Origin: Callorhinchus milii
Lineage: Eukaryota
Assembly: GCF_018977255.1 (NCBI RefSeq)
Contig: NW_024704742.1
Coordinates: forward strand, 85,498,001 to 85,562,000
Length of the DNA: 64,000 nt
Direction: 5' to 3'
Below are positions 40,210 to 52,405 of the stretch, piece by piece. Within the stretch, counting starts at the first letter, position 1. Every line of letters starts with the position of its first letter. A program made the position numbers and the translations under genes. The notes below the pieces were generated by a model. It was not told the origin of the DNA and ran no database searches. It was given only the letters and a program-made list of their open reading frames with translations.

Positions 40210-42040
40210 GTTATATTCCCTCTTATGTTTATTCTCTCCCTATCTCGAGTTATTATTATATTCTCTCTCTGGTTATTATTATTCTCTTATTATTATTACT
40301 ATTATTATTATTATCATTATTATTCTCTCTTGTTATTATTCACTCTTGTTATTATCTTAGTCTCTGGTTATTATTATAAAGTATTATTCTCTTGTTATCT
40401 TAGTCTCTGGTTATTATTACAAAGTATTATTCTCTTGTTATTATCGTAGTCTCTGGTTATTATTATAAAGTATTATTCTATTGTTGTTATCTTAGTTTCT
40501 GGTTAATATTATACAGTATTATTCTCTTGTTATTATCTTAGTCTCTGGTTATTATTATAAAGTATTATTCTCTTGTTGTTATCTTAGTCTCTGGTTATTA
40601 TTATACAGTATTATTCTCTTCTTATTATCTTAGTCTCTGGTTATTATTATAAAGTATTATTCTCTTGTTGTTATCTTAGTCTCTGGTTATTATTATGCAG
40701 TGTTATTCTCTTGTTGTTATCTTGGTCTCTGGTTATTATTATAAAGTATTATTCTCTTGTTATTATCTTAGTCTCTGGTTATTATTATGCAGTCTTATTC
40801 TCTTGTTGTTATCTTGGTCTCTGGTTATTATTATAAAGTATTATTCTCTTGTTATTATCTTAGTCTCTGGTTATTATTATAAAGTATTATTCTCTTGTTG
40901 TTATCTTAGTCTCTGGTTATTATTATAAAGTACTATTCTCTTGTTGTTATCTTAAGTCTCTGGTTATTATTATACAGTATTATTCTCGTTATTATGTTAG
41001 TCTCTGGTTATTATTATACAGTATTATTCTCGTTATTATCTTAGTCTCCGGTTATTATTATGCAGTGTTATTCTCTTGTTATTATCTTAGTCTCCGGTTA
41101 TTATTATGCAGTGTTATTCTCGTTATTATCTTCGTCTCTGGTTATTATTATGCAGTGTTATTCTCTTGTTATTATCTTAGTCTCCGGTTATTATTATGCA
41201 GTGTTATTCTCGTTATTATCTTAGTCTCTGGTTATTATTATGCAGTGTTATTCTCTTGTTATTATCTTAGTCTCCGGTTATTATTATGCAGTGTTATTCT
41301 CGTTATTATCTTAGTCTCTGGTTATTATTATGCAGTGTTATTCTCGTTATTATCTTAGTCTCCGGTTATTATTATGCAGTGTTATTCTCGTTATTATCTT
41401 CGTCTCTGGTTATTATTATGCAGTGTTATTCTCTTGTTATTATCTTAGTCTCCGGTTATTATTATGCAGTGTTATTCTCGTTATTATCTTAGTCTCTGGT
41501 TATTATTATGCAGTGTTATTCTCGTTATTATCTTAGTCTCTGGTTATTATTATGCAGTGTTATTCTCTTGTTGTTATCTTGGTCTCTGTTTATTATTATA
41601 CAGTGTTATTCTCTTGTTGTTATCTTGGTCTCTGGTTATTATTATACAGTGTTATTCTCTTGTTGTTATCTTGGTCTCTGGTTATTATTATACAGTATTA
41701 TTCTCGTTATTATCTTAGTCTCTGGTTATTATTATAAAGTATTATTCTCTTGTTATTATCTTAGTCTCTGGTTATTATTATACAGTATTATTTTCGTTAT
41801 TATCTTAGTCTCTGGTTATTATTATAAAGTATTATTCTCTTGTTGTTATCTTGGTCTCTGGTTATTATTATAAAGTATTATTCTCTTGTTATTATCTTAG
41901 TCTCTGGTTATTATTATACAGTATTATTCTCGTTATTATCTTAGTCTCCGGTTATTATTATGCAGTGTTATTCTCGTTATTATCTTAGTCTCTGGTTATT
42001 ATTATGCAGTGTTATTCTCTTGTTGTTATCTTGGTCTCTC
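40210..42040. repeat. AT-rich minisatellite of 46-bp and 44-bp units, about 37 copies
   Basis: Unit GTATTATTCTC(TT)GTTATTATCTTAGTCTCTGGTTATTATTAT(AAA/GCA/ACA); regular from about 40340, degenerate (TTA)n before that. Confidence 0.95.
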
Positions 42041-42049
42041 TCCTCTCAC

Positions 42050-42700
42050 TATGGCAACCAACCGGAAGGCGCTAAGGAAAGATGACCGTGTCTGTGTAAG
42101 CCACGCGGGTGGAGGGCAATAATAAAAGATTAGTTGGTGGTAAGTGACTTACAAGGCAGTGAGTGCTCCCTGTGCCGCCTCCCCCTGGACCAGGGTTTGA
42201 CAGAAATTAAACCAGGTCTGTGGCCCAAAGGCCACAAAAAGTAGCCCCAATGTAGCCCAATATCACGTGTCACCTGTTACTGGGTAACAGAGTGGCTGAT
42301 TCAGCTCGAGCGTTTTTTTCGAAACGGTAAGAAAAGGTCTTCAAAGAGAGGAGGGAGTAACGTTTTGCAGGTTTAATTTTTTTAAAAAGAATTTTTTTAA
42401 AAAAAGGCACCCGCTCAAAGACGTTTTTCACGCACCGTGACAAAAATCCGCCCAATTGGACGTGAAAGCAGCCCAACCTGCCACCTGGTCTCCGGGTCTG
42501 ACCGGAGCGACGCGCACGCCGGCATTTAGGAATGAACTGCGCCTGCGCCTTGCCCTTACCAACATGGCGACACTGAGCCCCCGCGATGCATTGTGGGGAG
42601 TGGACGGCTCCTGTTAACCGAAGAGTTGTTGCCTGTTGTGTGAGAGCTGGAGAGTGATAGGTGTGATCAGTGAGTTAGGTATCAATGTCACTCGGTGTAG
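42050..42700 (+). promoter_or_regulatory. APTX: APTX promoter and probable non-coding exon 1 (donor at 42701)
   Basis: CpG-rich; NRF1-like TGCGCCTGCGC 42538-42548, YY1 AACATGGCG 42561-42569, ZNF143-like GCATTGTGGG; strong donor TAG|GTAAGT at 42700/42701. Confidence 0.65.
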
Positions 42701-42769
42701 GTAAGTTATAAATATCACTGGTTAACGTGAATTATAAATGTTATAACTATTTATAAATGTTTCCCCAAA

Positions 42770-43090
42770 TCCTCCTTCTACTCCAAGGTTATCTTGGAGG
42801 CAAAGGACAATCCCCGGCTTCTCTTTTCCACCACAAACCGTCTCCTCTGTCCACCTTCCCACGCCGCGCCCATCCTCTCCTCAACCGCCAACTGTGAGGA
42901 GATGCTGGACTTCCTCAAATCCAAAATCGAGGATACTTCAGCCATCTCTGTCCCATCCACAGCCACTCACGCATCACCTCTCCCTCATGACCCACCCCCC
43001 ACCCATCCCCCCCTATACTCCTTCAACCCTATCTCTCCCTTCTCCCTCAGTACGACTGTCTGCAAACTCAAACCCACCACCTGCTCTCCA
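42770..43090 (+). mobile_element. Internal L2 ORF2 fragment
   Basis: KDNPRLLFSTTNRLL...CEEMLDFLKSKIE...KPTTCS. Confidence 0.7.
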
Positions 43091-43193
43091 TGCCCACTGC
43101 ATCCATGTCAGCAGTCTCTCTTCCCAACCATGTCTGCAGTCTTGTCTATGATTACAGTGGTGAGACATCACCTTGTTGACGAGTATCAACAAG

Positions 43194-43421
43194 ATAATAA
43201 TAATCCCTCCAAAAAAACCCAAAAACAATAATAAAAAAAAATTGGGTCATTTTCAATCTACGACTGTTTGTGGGACATTGCTGTGCGCAATTGGCTGCCG
43301 CGTTCGCCCACAAATATACAGTCAATTCACTTTACAGTGTGTTCTGTGAAGCGCTTTGGGACGTCCTCCCGACGTGAAAAGCGCTATATCAAATGCAAGG
43401 ATTATTATTATTATTATTATT
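43194..43421 (+). mobile_element. Head-less copy of the young SINE family
   Basis: ATAATAATAATCCCTCC ... GGATTATTATTATT. Confidence 0.85.
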
Positions 43422-44278
43422 TTAAAAACTGGGCCTATGGTCATCAATTCCCTTGCTTGATATCTGGCGGTGAAGAGCTCTGAGGCATTATATTACATGA
43501 AGGACTCTATATAAATGCAAGTTGTTTGCTTGTATTTTTCTCTTGTGGTTTCTTCTGGAAACTATTTAGATTGCTGTCTGAGGTTGCTCCTCACCCTCTA
43601 GCTGGGCCATAGGGACCATGAGCTGAATTCATCAGCTTTTCTGATCTTAGAAACATACAAAACTACAACAAATTGCATTTATATAGCACCCATCACACAG
43701 GGTAGCTTCTTGAAGCGTTTAACAGTAATGGAGCCTGATGCCGAGCTGGGGGGAGGGGGAAGATGGACCGTAGGATTCGTCAAAGAGGTTGTCAGGTGTG
43801 ATCTGAAAATGGGGAAAGAGGGGGGCAAGGCGGAGGATTTGAGCATAGTGGCTAAAGACAGGGTGGATCAACAGTGCGGGAGGAGATCATTCGGCCCATT
43901 GAGTCTGCATCGGCTCACAGAGTAAGATGATCGCTTCATTCCTGCCTTACCCCATAACCCTTATTTATGGAATAAAATTTGCCAATTTTAAAATGAAATC
44001 AAATTTGACACAATCTTAATCTTTAAGCCCACAGGAAGATTGGCCCTGAAAGATATCCAGTGCTCAACTGTTATGTCTAAGTAGTCTTGTTATGACGTAT
44101 CAACAAAATATCTATGAAGCACTTTAAGACATTTCAACGATGTGATATGGCGCTATATCAAATGCAAGGCTTATTATTAGTAATTTGTAATTCTTGTGAT
44201 AATTAAAAGCATCCATACTGGAAATGAAAGCAACATAAACCACTGTCTGTTCTTTGTAATGTGCTATGTTACAGTACA

Positions 44279-44408
44279 ATGCGAGTGTGTTGGCTGGTGA
44301 GTAAAGATGGAATGCATGAACCTATTCGCCTTCCACATTTACAGTCTGTGATAATCGGTCGAGGCCTAGATACCAAAATTGCAGATAAAAAGTGCTCGCG
44401 ACATCAAG
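44279..44408 (+). CDS. APTX: APTX coding exon 1 (FHA)
   Basis: [29 protein letters not shown]...CSRHQ. Confidence 0.93.
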
Positions 44409-44689
44409 GTAAGTGAGTGAAAATTGTCTGTGTCTCTTTTTGCAAGTTCTTGGATGATGACTAAAACTAATTAATATATTGTTGCATCATCTTAAAATTA
44501 CAACCATGAGATCCACAGAATCTATTATACCGCACTTCATTATCACGCAAGTTCACTATTGAGGTGTGGACTCCCAACATTTAGTTACCAAATAATCCCA
44601 AATGCCTGCAGAAAGCTGGCTAGCTCACTTCATGTGGATGGCTGGTGACAGGAACTCCCTGCGAGTTTCCTGTTAAGCAACACAGCTCA

Positions 44690-45240
44690 GTATGAACTAT
44701 GTGAAAGCATTGCCACCATCTTCCTGCTCAGACACACGTCCCTTCCCATTGAGCGATGGTTCCACCAGTTGGAGGTGTGGAGCTTGAGTAGCAGCTGATG
44801 ATCTCTCTGCAAAGCAATCAAAGTGGATTGCAAACCCTGGGTGTACAGACATGTGTTCACAAACTCAGACTCCAGGGAACACTTTCCAGCAGCTGTAGCC
44901 GCAAGCCTTGAAGAGAGATGAGCACGACCAGAGTGCCTTTTGCTCTCTCTGCACAGTCCTTCAGTACAGTGTCGAAGCAAAGTTGGTGGACACCACAATC
45001 CCCAGGTACTGATAACAATCATCAATTTGGACTGATGGATTTTCTAATCAATACCCTCGATGACTTCTCTTGAGTCACGCAGAGCTACGATTCTGTACTT
45101 GGGGCCATACATTACAGTGTCCCACCGACTGGCCCAAGATGGTGCAGTGCAAAAGGTCCCCAGGTGAGTCTGCCAGCAGCACAGTATTGTTCGACTCTTG
45201 GAGATTATTCTGTGGAGAAGAAAGAGAAGAAGCATTGTGT
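44690..45240 (-). mobile_element. Very decayed L1/Tx1-like ORF2 3' remnant (tentative)
   Basis: Scattered fragments (HQLLLKL, WDTVMYG, LWCPPTLL) resemble the C-terminus of L1/Tx1 ORF2; no continuous frame. Confidence 0.3.
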
Positions 45241-45305
45241 GACTTAGAATGCAACTTGAGAGAAAAAATACTAACAAGTGTGTTAACTTTCTTGTTACTT
45301 TTCAG

Positions 45306-45352
45306 TTCAACTGAAAGCAGACTACAATAAAGGATATGCTTTTGTGAAACAG
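45306..45352 (+). CDS. APTX: APTX coding exon 2
   Basis: VQLKADYNKGYAFVKQ. Confidence 0.93.
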
Positions 45353-45397
45353 GTATTATTTCTTTTGAATGGTAATGCTGTGTGAAAAGGGTGTCAG

Positions 45398-45797
45398 TCT
45401 GGCTCAGTTGGTAGCACTCTTGCCTATGAGTCAGATGGGTGCAAGCCTCACGTCGGACTGGAACTCAAATAGTCTAGGCTAACACTCCAGTACAGTACTG
45501 AACTTGTGCTGCATTGTTGGAGGTGCTGCCTTCGGTTGAATCATTAAACCAAAGTCCTCTGACTGGATGTTGAAGATCCCATGGCACTACTTGAAAAGAG
45601 AAGTGAGTTTCTCCGGGTATCCTGGCCAACATTAAAATTGGTCATTCACTTCATGGCTGTTTGTGGGATATTGCTATGTGCAAACTGGCTACCGCGTTTG
45701 CCCACAAAACACAGTAACTCCACTTTAGAGTATATCCTGTGAAGCACCATGAGATGTCGGCTGACATGTAAGGTGCTATACCAAATGTAAGAATTAT
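45398..45797 (+). mobile_element. Near full-length older Deu-domain-type SINE (SacSINE1-like)
   Basis: Head GGCTCAGTTGGTAGCACTCTTGCC...GAGTCAGA, central GATCCCATGGCACTA...GGCCAACATT...GTTTGTGGGA, L2-type tail; other copies at about 6630-6920, 10955-11135, 25480-25810 (-), 47000-47250 and 59150-59455 (-). Confidence 0.7.
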
Positions 45798-45929
45798 TAT
45801 AAAGTGAATCCCTCAATCAGATCACCTCTTAATTTCAGAACTAGGGAATATAACTCATGCTTATTTAGCCCCTTCATTCTCAAGTGTGAATTAACGAATC
45901 GTTGCTGAATACCCTGCAAGGCTAGTATA

Positions 45930-46815
45930 TAAGACCATAAGACGTAGGAGCAGGAGTAGGCCATTCGGCCCCTCAAGCCTGCCACGCCATTTAATAAGAT
46001 CATGGCTGAATGGCCTACTTTAGAAATCTATCAACTTCAGTCTTGAATATGTTCAAGGACTGAGCATCCACAGCCTTCTGAGGTGAATTCACAAATTCAT
46101 TACCCTCTGAGTGAAGAAATGTTTCCTCAATTCGGTTCGAAAAGGCTGACCCTTAATCTTGAGATTATGACCCCTGGTTTTAGAACCAGGGGAAACAGTC
46201 TCACAGCGTGAAAAGCGCTATATCAAATGCAAGGATTATTATTATTATTATTATTATCTACCCTGTCAAGACCCTTAAGAATCTTATAGGTTTCTATAAG
46301 ATCACCTCAAATTCTTCTATATTCTAGAGAATACAGGCCTAGTTTACTCAACCTATCCTCATAGGTCAACCCCCTCATCCCAGGAACTAACCTAGTGAAC
46401 ATACGCTGCACCCCCTCTAAGGCGAGTATGTCCTTTCTTAAATAAGGAGACCAAAACTGCACACAATATTCTAGGTGCGGCCTCACCAAGGCCTTATACA
46501 ACTGTAGCAAGACTTCCCTACTCTTGTATTCTAACCCTTTTGCAACAAACGCCAACATGCCATTAGCCTTCCTAGTTTCTTGCTGTACCTGCATACTAAC
46601 ATTTTGTGACTGGTGTACAAGAACACCCAAATCCCTTTGAACACTAGTACTACCTAGTCTCTCCCCCTCTAGAAAATAATCCGTTTTCTATTTTTACTAC
46701 CTAGGTGAATAACTTCATAGTTTCCCACGTTATACTCCATCTGCCACCTTCTCGCCCACTCACCTAGCCTGTCTATTTCCCTTTTTCATTCTTCGTGTAT
46801 CATCCTCACAGCTTA
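45930..46815 (-). mobile_element. CR1-clade LINE 3' portion, nested in an older CR1 and carrying a SINE tail at 46208-46256
   Basis: KANGMLAF...LLQLYKALVRPHLEYCVQFWSPYLRKDILALEGVQR; 3' end GAATGGCCTACTCCTGCTCCT followed by TCTTATGG-type 8-mer tail. Confidence 0.9.
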
Positions 46816-47347
46816 CTCTCCCACCTAACTTTGTATCGTACCATATCTTTTCTAAAGTTAGGCAGCCAAAATTGAGTACAGAACACAGTACAAATGGGCT
46901 GTATATACAACTGCAGCAGCACTTGCTTTTATATCCCAGAGCCTTCATTACGAAATACAGTATCCCATTAGCTTTTTTTTTGTAATTTCTTGTCTTCCTG
47001 TCGAAGTGGACATTAAAGATCCTGTGGCCCTATTTGGAAAGAGAAAGAAGTTTTTACCAGTGTTCTGACCAAAAATGTCTTCAAATAAAAAATTGTCATT
47101 CACTTCATGGCTGTTTGTGGAATATTGCTATGTGCAAATTGGCTACCACATTTGTCTACATAGTCACTACACTTTACAGTAACTCATGTGAAGCCCTTTG
47201 ATATGTCCTCCTAATGTGAAAAGGTGCTCAATATCAAATGCAATTTATTAATTATTAATTCAGCACTGGCTGGCTGCTACTCGATGTACTAATGAACTCT
47301 CCCAGCGTAAGATTGTGACTTATTCTATTCTTTTCCCCTCTTTGAAG

Positions 47348-47692
47348 TTGGGTGTAAATCCTAGCAACATCAATTTGGAAGATGTGGGGAAAGACAAGGA
47401 AGTGAAGTTGAAGCCCGGACAGACTCTTCACATTGTCAATAAGCTTTACCCGCACATCATTCAGTTTGCTGAAGATACTACAGACCAGGAGGGTTGCTCC
47501 CCAAAGAGACCCAGTGATGAACATTCTACAAACAAAACCTCCGACATGCTGAGCAAACTCCTTAAAACTGAAGAATCAAATAGGAGAGAGGAAAGGAGGA
47601 AAAGAAGCCCTGAGGATGGCTGTATGAATGAAGACAGCAACAGTTTGGAGACTCCGATTAATCATGCCAGTGTAGCTGAAAAGAAAGGATCG
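47348..47692 (+). CDS. APTX: APTX coding exon 3 (end of FHA and linker/NLS)
   Basis: LGVNPSNI...KLKPGQTLHIVNKLYPH...RRKRS...KKGS. Confidence 0.9.
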
Positions 47693-47787
47693 GTAATTGG
47701 CTAATCAAATATTATATCTGTTTGACATCCTATATTTGTAATACTGCACTCCCTCCATCCTTCTCTCCCTCCTCCTTATATATAATA

Positions 47788-47955
47788 CAGTAAACCTTAC
47801 ATAAGTCGTATCAGTTGGGACCATACTTTTAATATGACTTATGCAAAGTAAGTTATGTGAAGCTAATAAATAATAGGAAATTCAACGAGACTTGGGCAGA
47901 TGTACAACTTAGGTGATTATATGATTGAAACATATCAGACACGCATGTTTTATTG
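47788..47955. mobile_element. Short derivative of the Tigger-like element at 16281-16844
   Basis: Shares CAGTAAA...ATAAGT.GTATCAGT.GGGACCATA and GACTTGGG...ACTTAGG.GATTATATGA. Confidence 0.55.
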
Positions 47956-48389
47956 TATGTATATGTATACAGTATATATATATGAAACACTGCACATCTT
48001 TTATAAGATGAAAGGACCTTGATGACAAAAGCTGAGAGTGACTGATGGAGAAAGGAAGCAATTCATTGAGGGAGGAGATTCTGTTTTTATACAGCTGAAT
48101 TTTAGATTTAAGGAGCAGCCTGTGGAGAGTGCTATATGTGTCCATTCTTCCCTTTGGCAAATCCTAATGCCAGCAAAATATACATGTAAACCATGGCCAT
48201 GGTTTGTCTTTCTCTTCTCTCCCATTGCATAGCACAAAAACTTGGTGTATAAATACTACTAATTTTAATAAGTCGTGGCACTGTAAAGAAATATGAAAAA
48301 TTATCACTAAATGTATCTAGACTTTTAAGTTTAGTACCTCAACCTGACTTCTGCACTTGTTGCTAACTTTGTTCTTTTGGGATTTCCAG

Positions 48390-48440
48390 GGGCATTGGAG
48401 CCAAGCATTAAAAGTTTCCATGCAGGATCCTACAATGCAG
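48390..48440 (+). CDS. APTX: APTX coding exon 4
   Basis: GHWSQALKVSMQDPTMQ. Confidence 0.93.
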
Positions 48441-48869
48441 GTATGTAGCAACCACATTTTTGCATGTACTAACCACATTTCTGGCTAAATTTGTGAACTA
48501 AAATTATCTCAATTTTTGGACCAAATTGCACTATTTGCACCAATCTCATTAGGTGATTATATTTTTGATTATATTACTGAAACAATAATCTTTGAATTTG
48601 GTTTAGCCTTTATCACATTGTCGAACTGTCTTCATAGCAATCACTGTAACATGTAATGAATGTGCAAACATGACAGCCAAAGTGTGCAAAGCAGCGTCCC
48701 ACAAACACTCATAAATCAATGACCAATGACCAATATTATCTGAGGGACTACTGGCCAAGACACCAGGAGAAACTCCCTTCTCTATTTAAATAGTGGCATG
48801 TAATCTCTAATGCCCACTTAAGTGGACAGGACACTATGAGAAACTCTTCTTTTTTTGAATAACAACAAC

Positions 48870-49410
48870 ATCGGAAAGACGTGATGAGGTGGAGAGATTG
48901 TGGGATAGAGTTCCAGAGTGTGAGGGCAGAGATGCTGAATGCCCGACCGCCAATGGTGGGGAGGGACGTATGGGGGACCTGAAGCAGGCCAGTGTCTGCC
49001 GAGCGGAGGGAACGGATAGGGTGATATGGCATTAGGAGGTCGGAGAGGTAGGGGGGAGCAAGACCGTGAAGAGCTTTCAAGATGAGAATGAGGGTTTTGT
49101 ACTCGATTCACTGCAAGATGGGGAGCCAGTGAAGCCGGGCAAGAATAGGGATGATTGGTTTGCGGAGCCTGGTGTGGGAGAGGACATGGGCTGCATTTTT
49201 TGAATAATTCCATATCTTATGGGGGACAGAGATGGGAAGTCCAGCGGGCAGGCAGTTGGCATAGTCAAGCCAGGACTTGATGAAAGCGTGGATCAGGGTT
49301 TCAGCAGCCTATGGTGAGAGGCAGTGGCCGAGACAGGCAATGTTGTGGACGTGGGGAAAGGCGGAACAGGTCATGGCATGAATGTGTGGTTTGAAGGATA
49401 GCTAATGATA
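48870..49410 (-). mobile_element. L2 LINE fragment
   Basis: KALHGLAPPYLSDLL...RSLRS...GGRAFS. Confidence 0.85.
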
Positions 49411-49961
49411 ATGTCCACCTAATCAGTCTTGCAGGACCTTTGTTTAATGACTCATCATTCTACAATGCAGTGTTCCCCCGCATTGTATTGGGAGTGTCAG
49501 ACTATGCTAACACATAAGCAAGATGCAACAAATTAGTTACCAACAACTAAACCTATTCCATAGTGAACAAATCTAGATAACCAATTTTTCAGATTATCCC
49601 TTAAATTAGAGCCTAAAAATGGAGCTTGAAGAAGACCTTTGGTCATCCAACTTCCCAAAGGAACATCACAGGTTGACAACGTTTCTCAAACTTTTTACTT
49701 AAGTTTAAAAAGAGAACATTTAATTTGGGGAAATCAAAGTACGCATTTGGTCTGGGTTAAGAGGTCATGGAGATGGAAGAGATACAGTACATCACAAAGG
49801 ACTGGGAACAGAAAAAATAATTGAAGGTGGATTGGGCACAGGTGTATGTAACAGGCGCTGTGTTGCTTTGTTTCTCAGCTTGCTGAGGCTGGGAAGGAGC
49901 TCGCCGCTGGTTCAAACCTAAGTGGAATTTTTCATGTGACATGTAATTTTCATGTCCACAG

Positions 49962-50188
49962 CTGTATAAAGATGATAAGGTGGTGGTGATTAAAGATAAG
50001 TACCCAAAGGCTCATTACCACTGGCTGGTGTTACCATGGGTCTCTATTCCTAGCTTGAAGGCTGTAAGGAGTGACAACCTATCATTACTTAAACACATGC
50101 ATCAAGTTGGTGAAAAGATGGTGAGCGAATGCCCTGATTCTGGGAAATTAAAGTTTCGCTTAGGTTATCATGCCATCCCCAGCATGAG
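49962..50188 (+). CDS. APTX: APTX coding exon 5 (HIT)
   Basis: [26 protein letters not shown]...GYHAIPSM. Confidence 0.95.
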
Positions 50189-50779
50189 GTAAGCAAGTTT
50201 ATATATTTTTTAAAAGGCAATAATCAGTTGCTTGAGTTCAGCGGTGACATAATTATTTATAAATTGTAGAACAGGCACAGAGTATATCTGCTTGAACATT
50301 AGTTTAAATGTGTGAGGTTCCCTCTTGGGCTCTGGCCTAAGATGACAACAACCACTTGTATTTATATAGCACCCATCATCAAGAGGACATGATCTTAAAA
50401 TTAGAATTTAGGCAGTTAGTTTTCTTAATCTAAACAAGGCTTGTGAATGTGTGAAATTCACTACCCCAAAAGGCCACAGAAATGGAATCTATTGGGATGC
50501 TTAAGACGGAGATAGATTAAAAACTTGGCAGTTAGAATAGTAAGGAATGTGAAGAGATGAAATGGGATTGAACGATTGGCATGTTCTTCCTGTCCCCACA
50601 GCAGCCTGAGCAAAGACTTTGAACCCACCAAGTGGGTAGTTACAGTGACTGATAAGCCTCTTGCCATTGGTGACATTACCCCTGAAGATTAAAGCATTGA
50701 ATGAATTTGGTTTAATAGGTTATTGTTTGGGGGATCTCACTCCAATTATAGCCCACAACACACCTGACTTGATTTACAT

Positions 50780-51137
50780 AATAATAATAATAATAATCCT
50801 TGCATTTGATATAGCGCTTTTCACGTCTTCTAGATGTCTCAAAGTGCTTCACAGAATATACTATAAAGTGAATTGACTGTATATTTTGCGGGCAAAATGC
50901 AGCAGCCAATTACGCAAAGCAGCGTCCCACAAACAGTCGTGGATTGAGTGACCAAATTATTATTGTTTTTTTTTTAAGGTCTATTATCCCCAGAAAAGCG
51001 ATCCGCCAATCGACTAACAAACGTGTTCCTACTTGATGCTAGGTAAACAAAGGCTTGTGGAGTAAAGAAACTTGTCCAAAATTTCGTCCTGCCAGGAATT
51101 GAATCCAGATCTCTCGCTTGCGAGCTGCAGGACTCCC
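50780..51137 (-). mobile_element. tRNA-derived SINE, near full length
   Basis: Same head, body and tail as 13367-13687; similar copies at 525-830 (+), 36115-36400 (-), 37450-37815 (-) and 52824-53195 (-). Confidence 0.8.
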
Positions 51138-52049
51138 TAACATAGAATGACATGGACTGAATTATAGACTTACAAAAAGAAGCTGGCCATTCAGCCCAAC
51201 TAGTCTTCTGATGTTTATACTCCATATGAGATGAGGTCATCAAACAAATAACTTAGGACATGCTATATATTATAGTATGTGGATATTTGTTCTCTTGACC
51301 AAACACGGCATCTAAATTGTATCTGTGTTGACTCCTTAAGGTGTGCATTTTATTGAAACTAACAGTATGAACTTGCTACACTTGTTATGTACATCTGTTC
51401 CAGTGCACATTAGTACATGTGGGGCCACAATACTAACTTTATTCTGTCAGCTGCTTGTCAAATTTGATGCAAGTGTTGACAGGGGTCATTTCTGAGTGTG
51501 TATCAGATGCAATTCTGCCATTCCACTCTGAATTTGATTGCATGTGTGATATACCTTCAATTATTTTGGAATCTCTTGAGGTCCATTTTACAACTACATC
51601 TTCATTTAATGTGAGGCCTCTGATCTGTTGTTCCCCTGTGTAGAGAGCAGGAAAGCTCTGAGTAATGACAGATGCTAACCTTACTGATCTTTGTGGGTGT
51701 TTCTGCTATAATTACCTGTGAGAACAAGAATATGCCCATCTGTGTTTTTTAATAAAAATCCAGGCAATACAAGCTAAATTCGGCGCTACCCTCTGAGGTG
51801 CACTAAACTACTCCGTTTATGCCCTATTCAGTCAGCATTATCTGGCTATTAATGGCAGCTATGATTTTGCAGTATACAAATTTTAATTATAATTTGGATT
51901 TTTTAAAAAAGTCTCAGTATTACAGTGGTTTGATCTAGATTTTGGATTTGAAACCCAAATAATGTACAGTGCTGTGCTTTGTAGAACTGGTGAGGTGTGT
52001 TAATGAGTGTTCATTTACTCTTTTCTCTCTTTCCTTACACCCTCACAAG

Positions 52050-52153
52050 TCATATTCACCTCCATGTTATCAGCCAAGACTTTGATTCTCCATGCATGAA
52101 AAACAAAAAGCATTGGAATTCATTCACAACTGATTATTTCCTGGAATCCCAAG
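52050..52153 (+). CDS. APTX: APTX coding exon 6 (histidine triad)
   Basis: [34 protein letters not shown]. Confidence 0.95.
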
Positions 52154-52202
52154 GTAAGAACAACAACCATCTACAGGGATACCAAAGGGACTATGTAATA
52201 TT

Positions 52203-52405
52203 AATAATAATCCTTGCATTTGATATAGCGCTTTTCACGTCTTCTCGACGTCACAAAGCGCTTCACAGAATAGTCTATAAAGTGAATTGACCGTATATTT
52301 GTGGGCGAAACGTGGCAGCCAATTGCGCACAGCAGTGTCCCACAAACATCATGGATTGAAAATGACCAATTTATTTATTTCTTTTTGGAGGGATTATTAT
52401 TAGGC
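52203..52405 (-). mobile_element. Head-less copy of the young SINE family
   Basis: Similarity stops at GGATTATTATTAGGC on the plus strand, as at 32101. Confidence 0.85.

Noticed and set aside
40210-42040. Possible CRISPR array or Tyr/Leu-rich membrane protein ORFs
   Set aside because: Units are contiguous with no unique spacers and the context is vertebrate; the ORFs are translations of the minisatellite.
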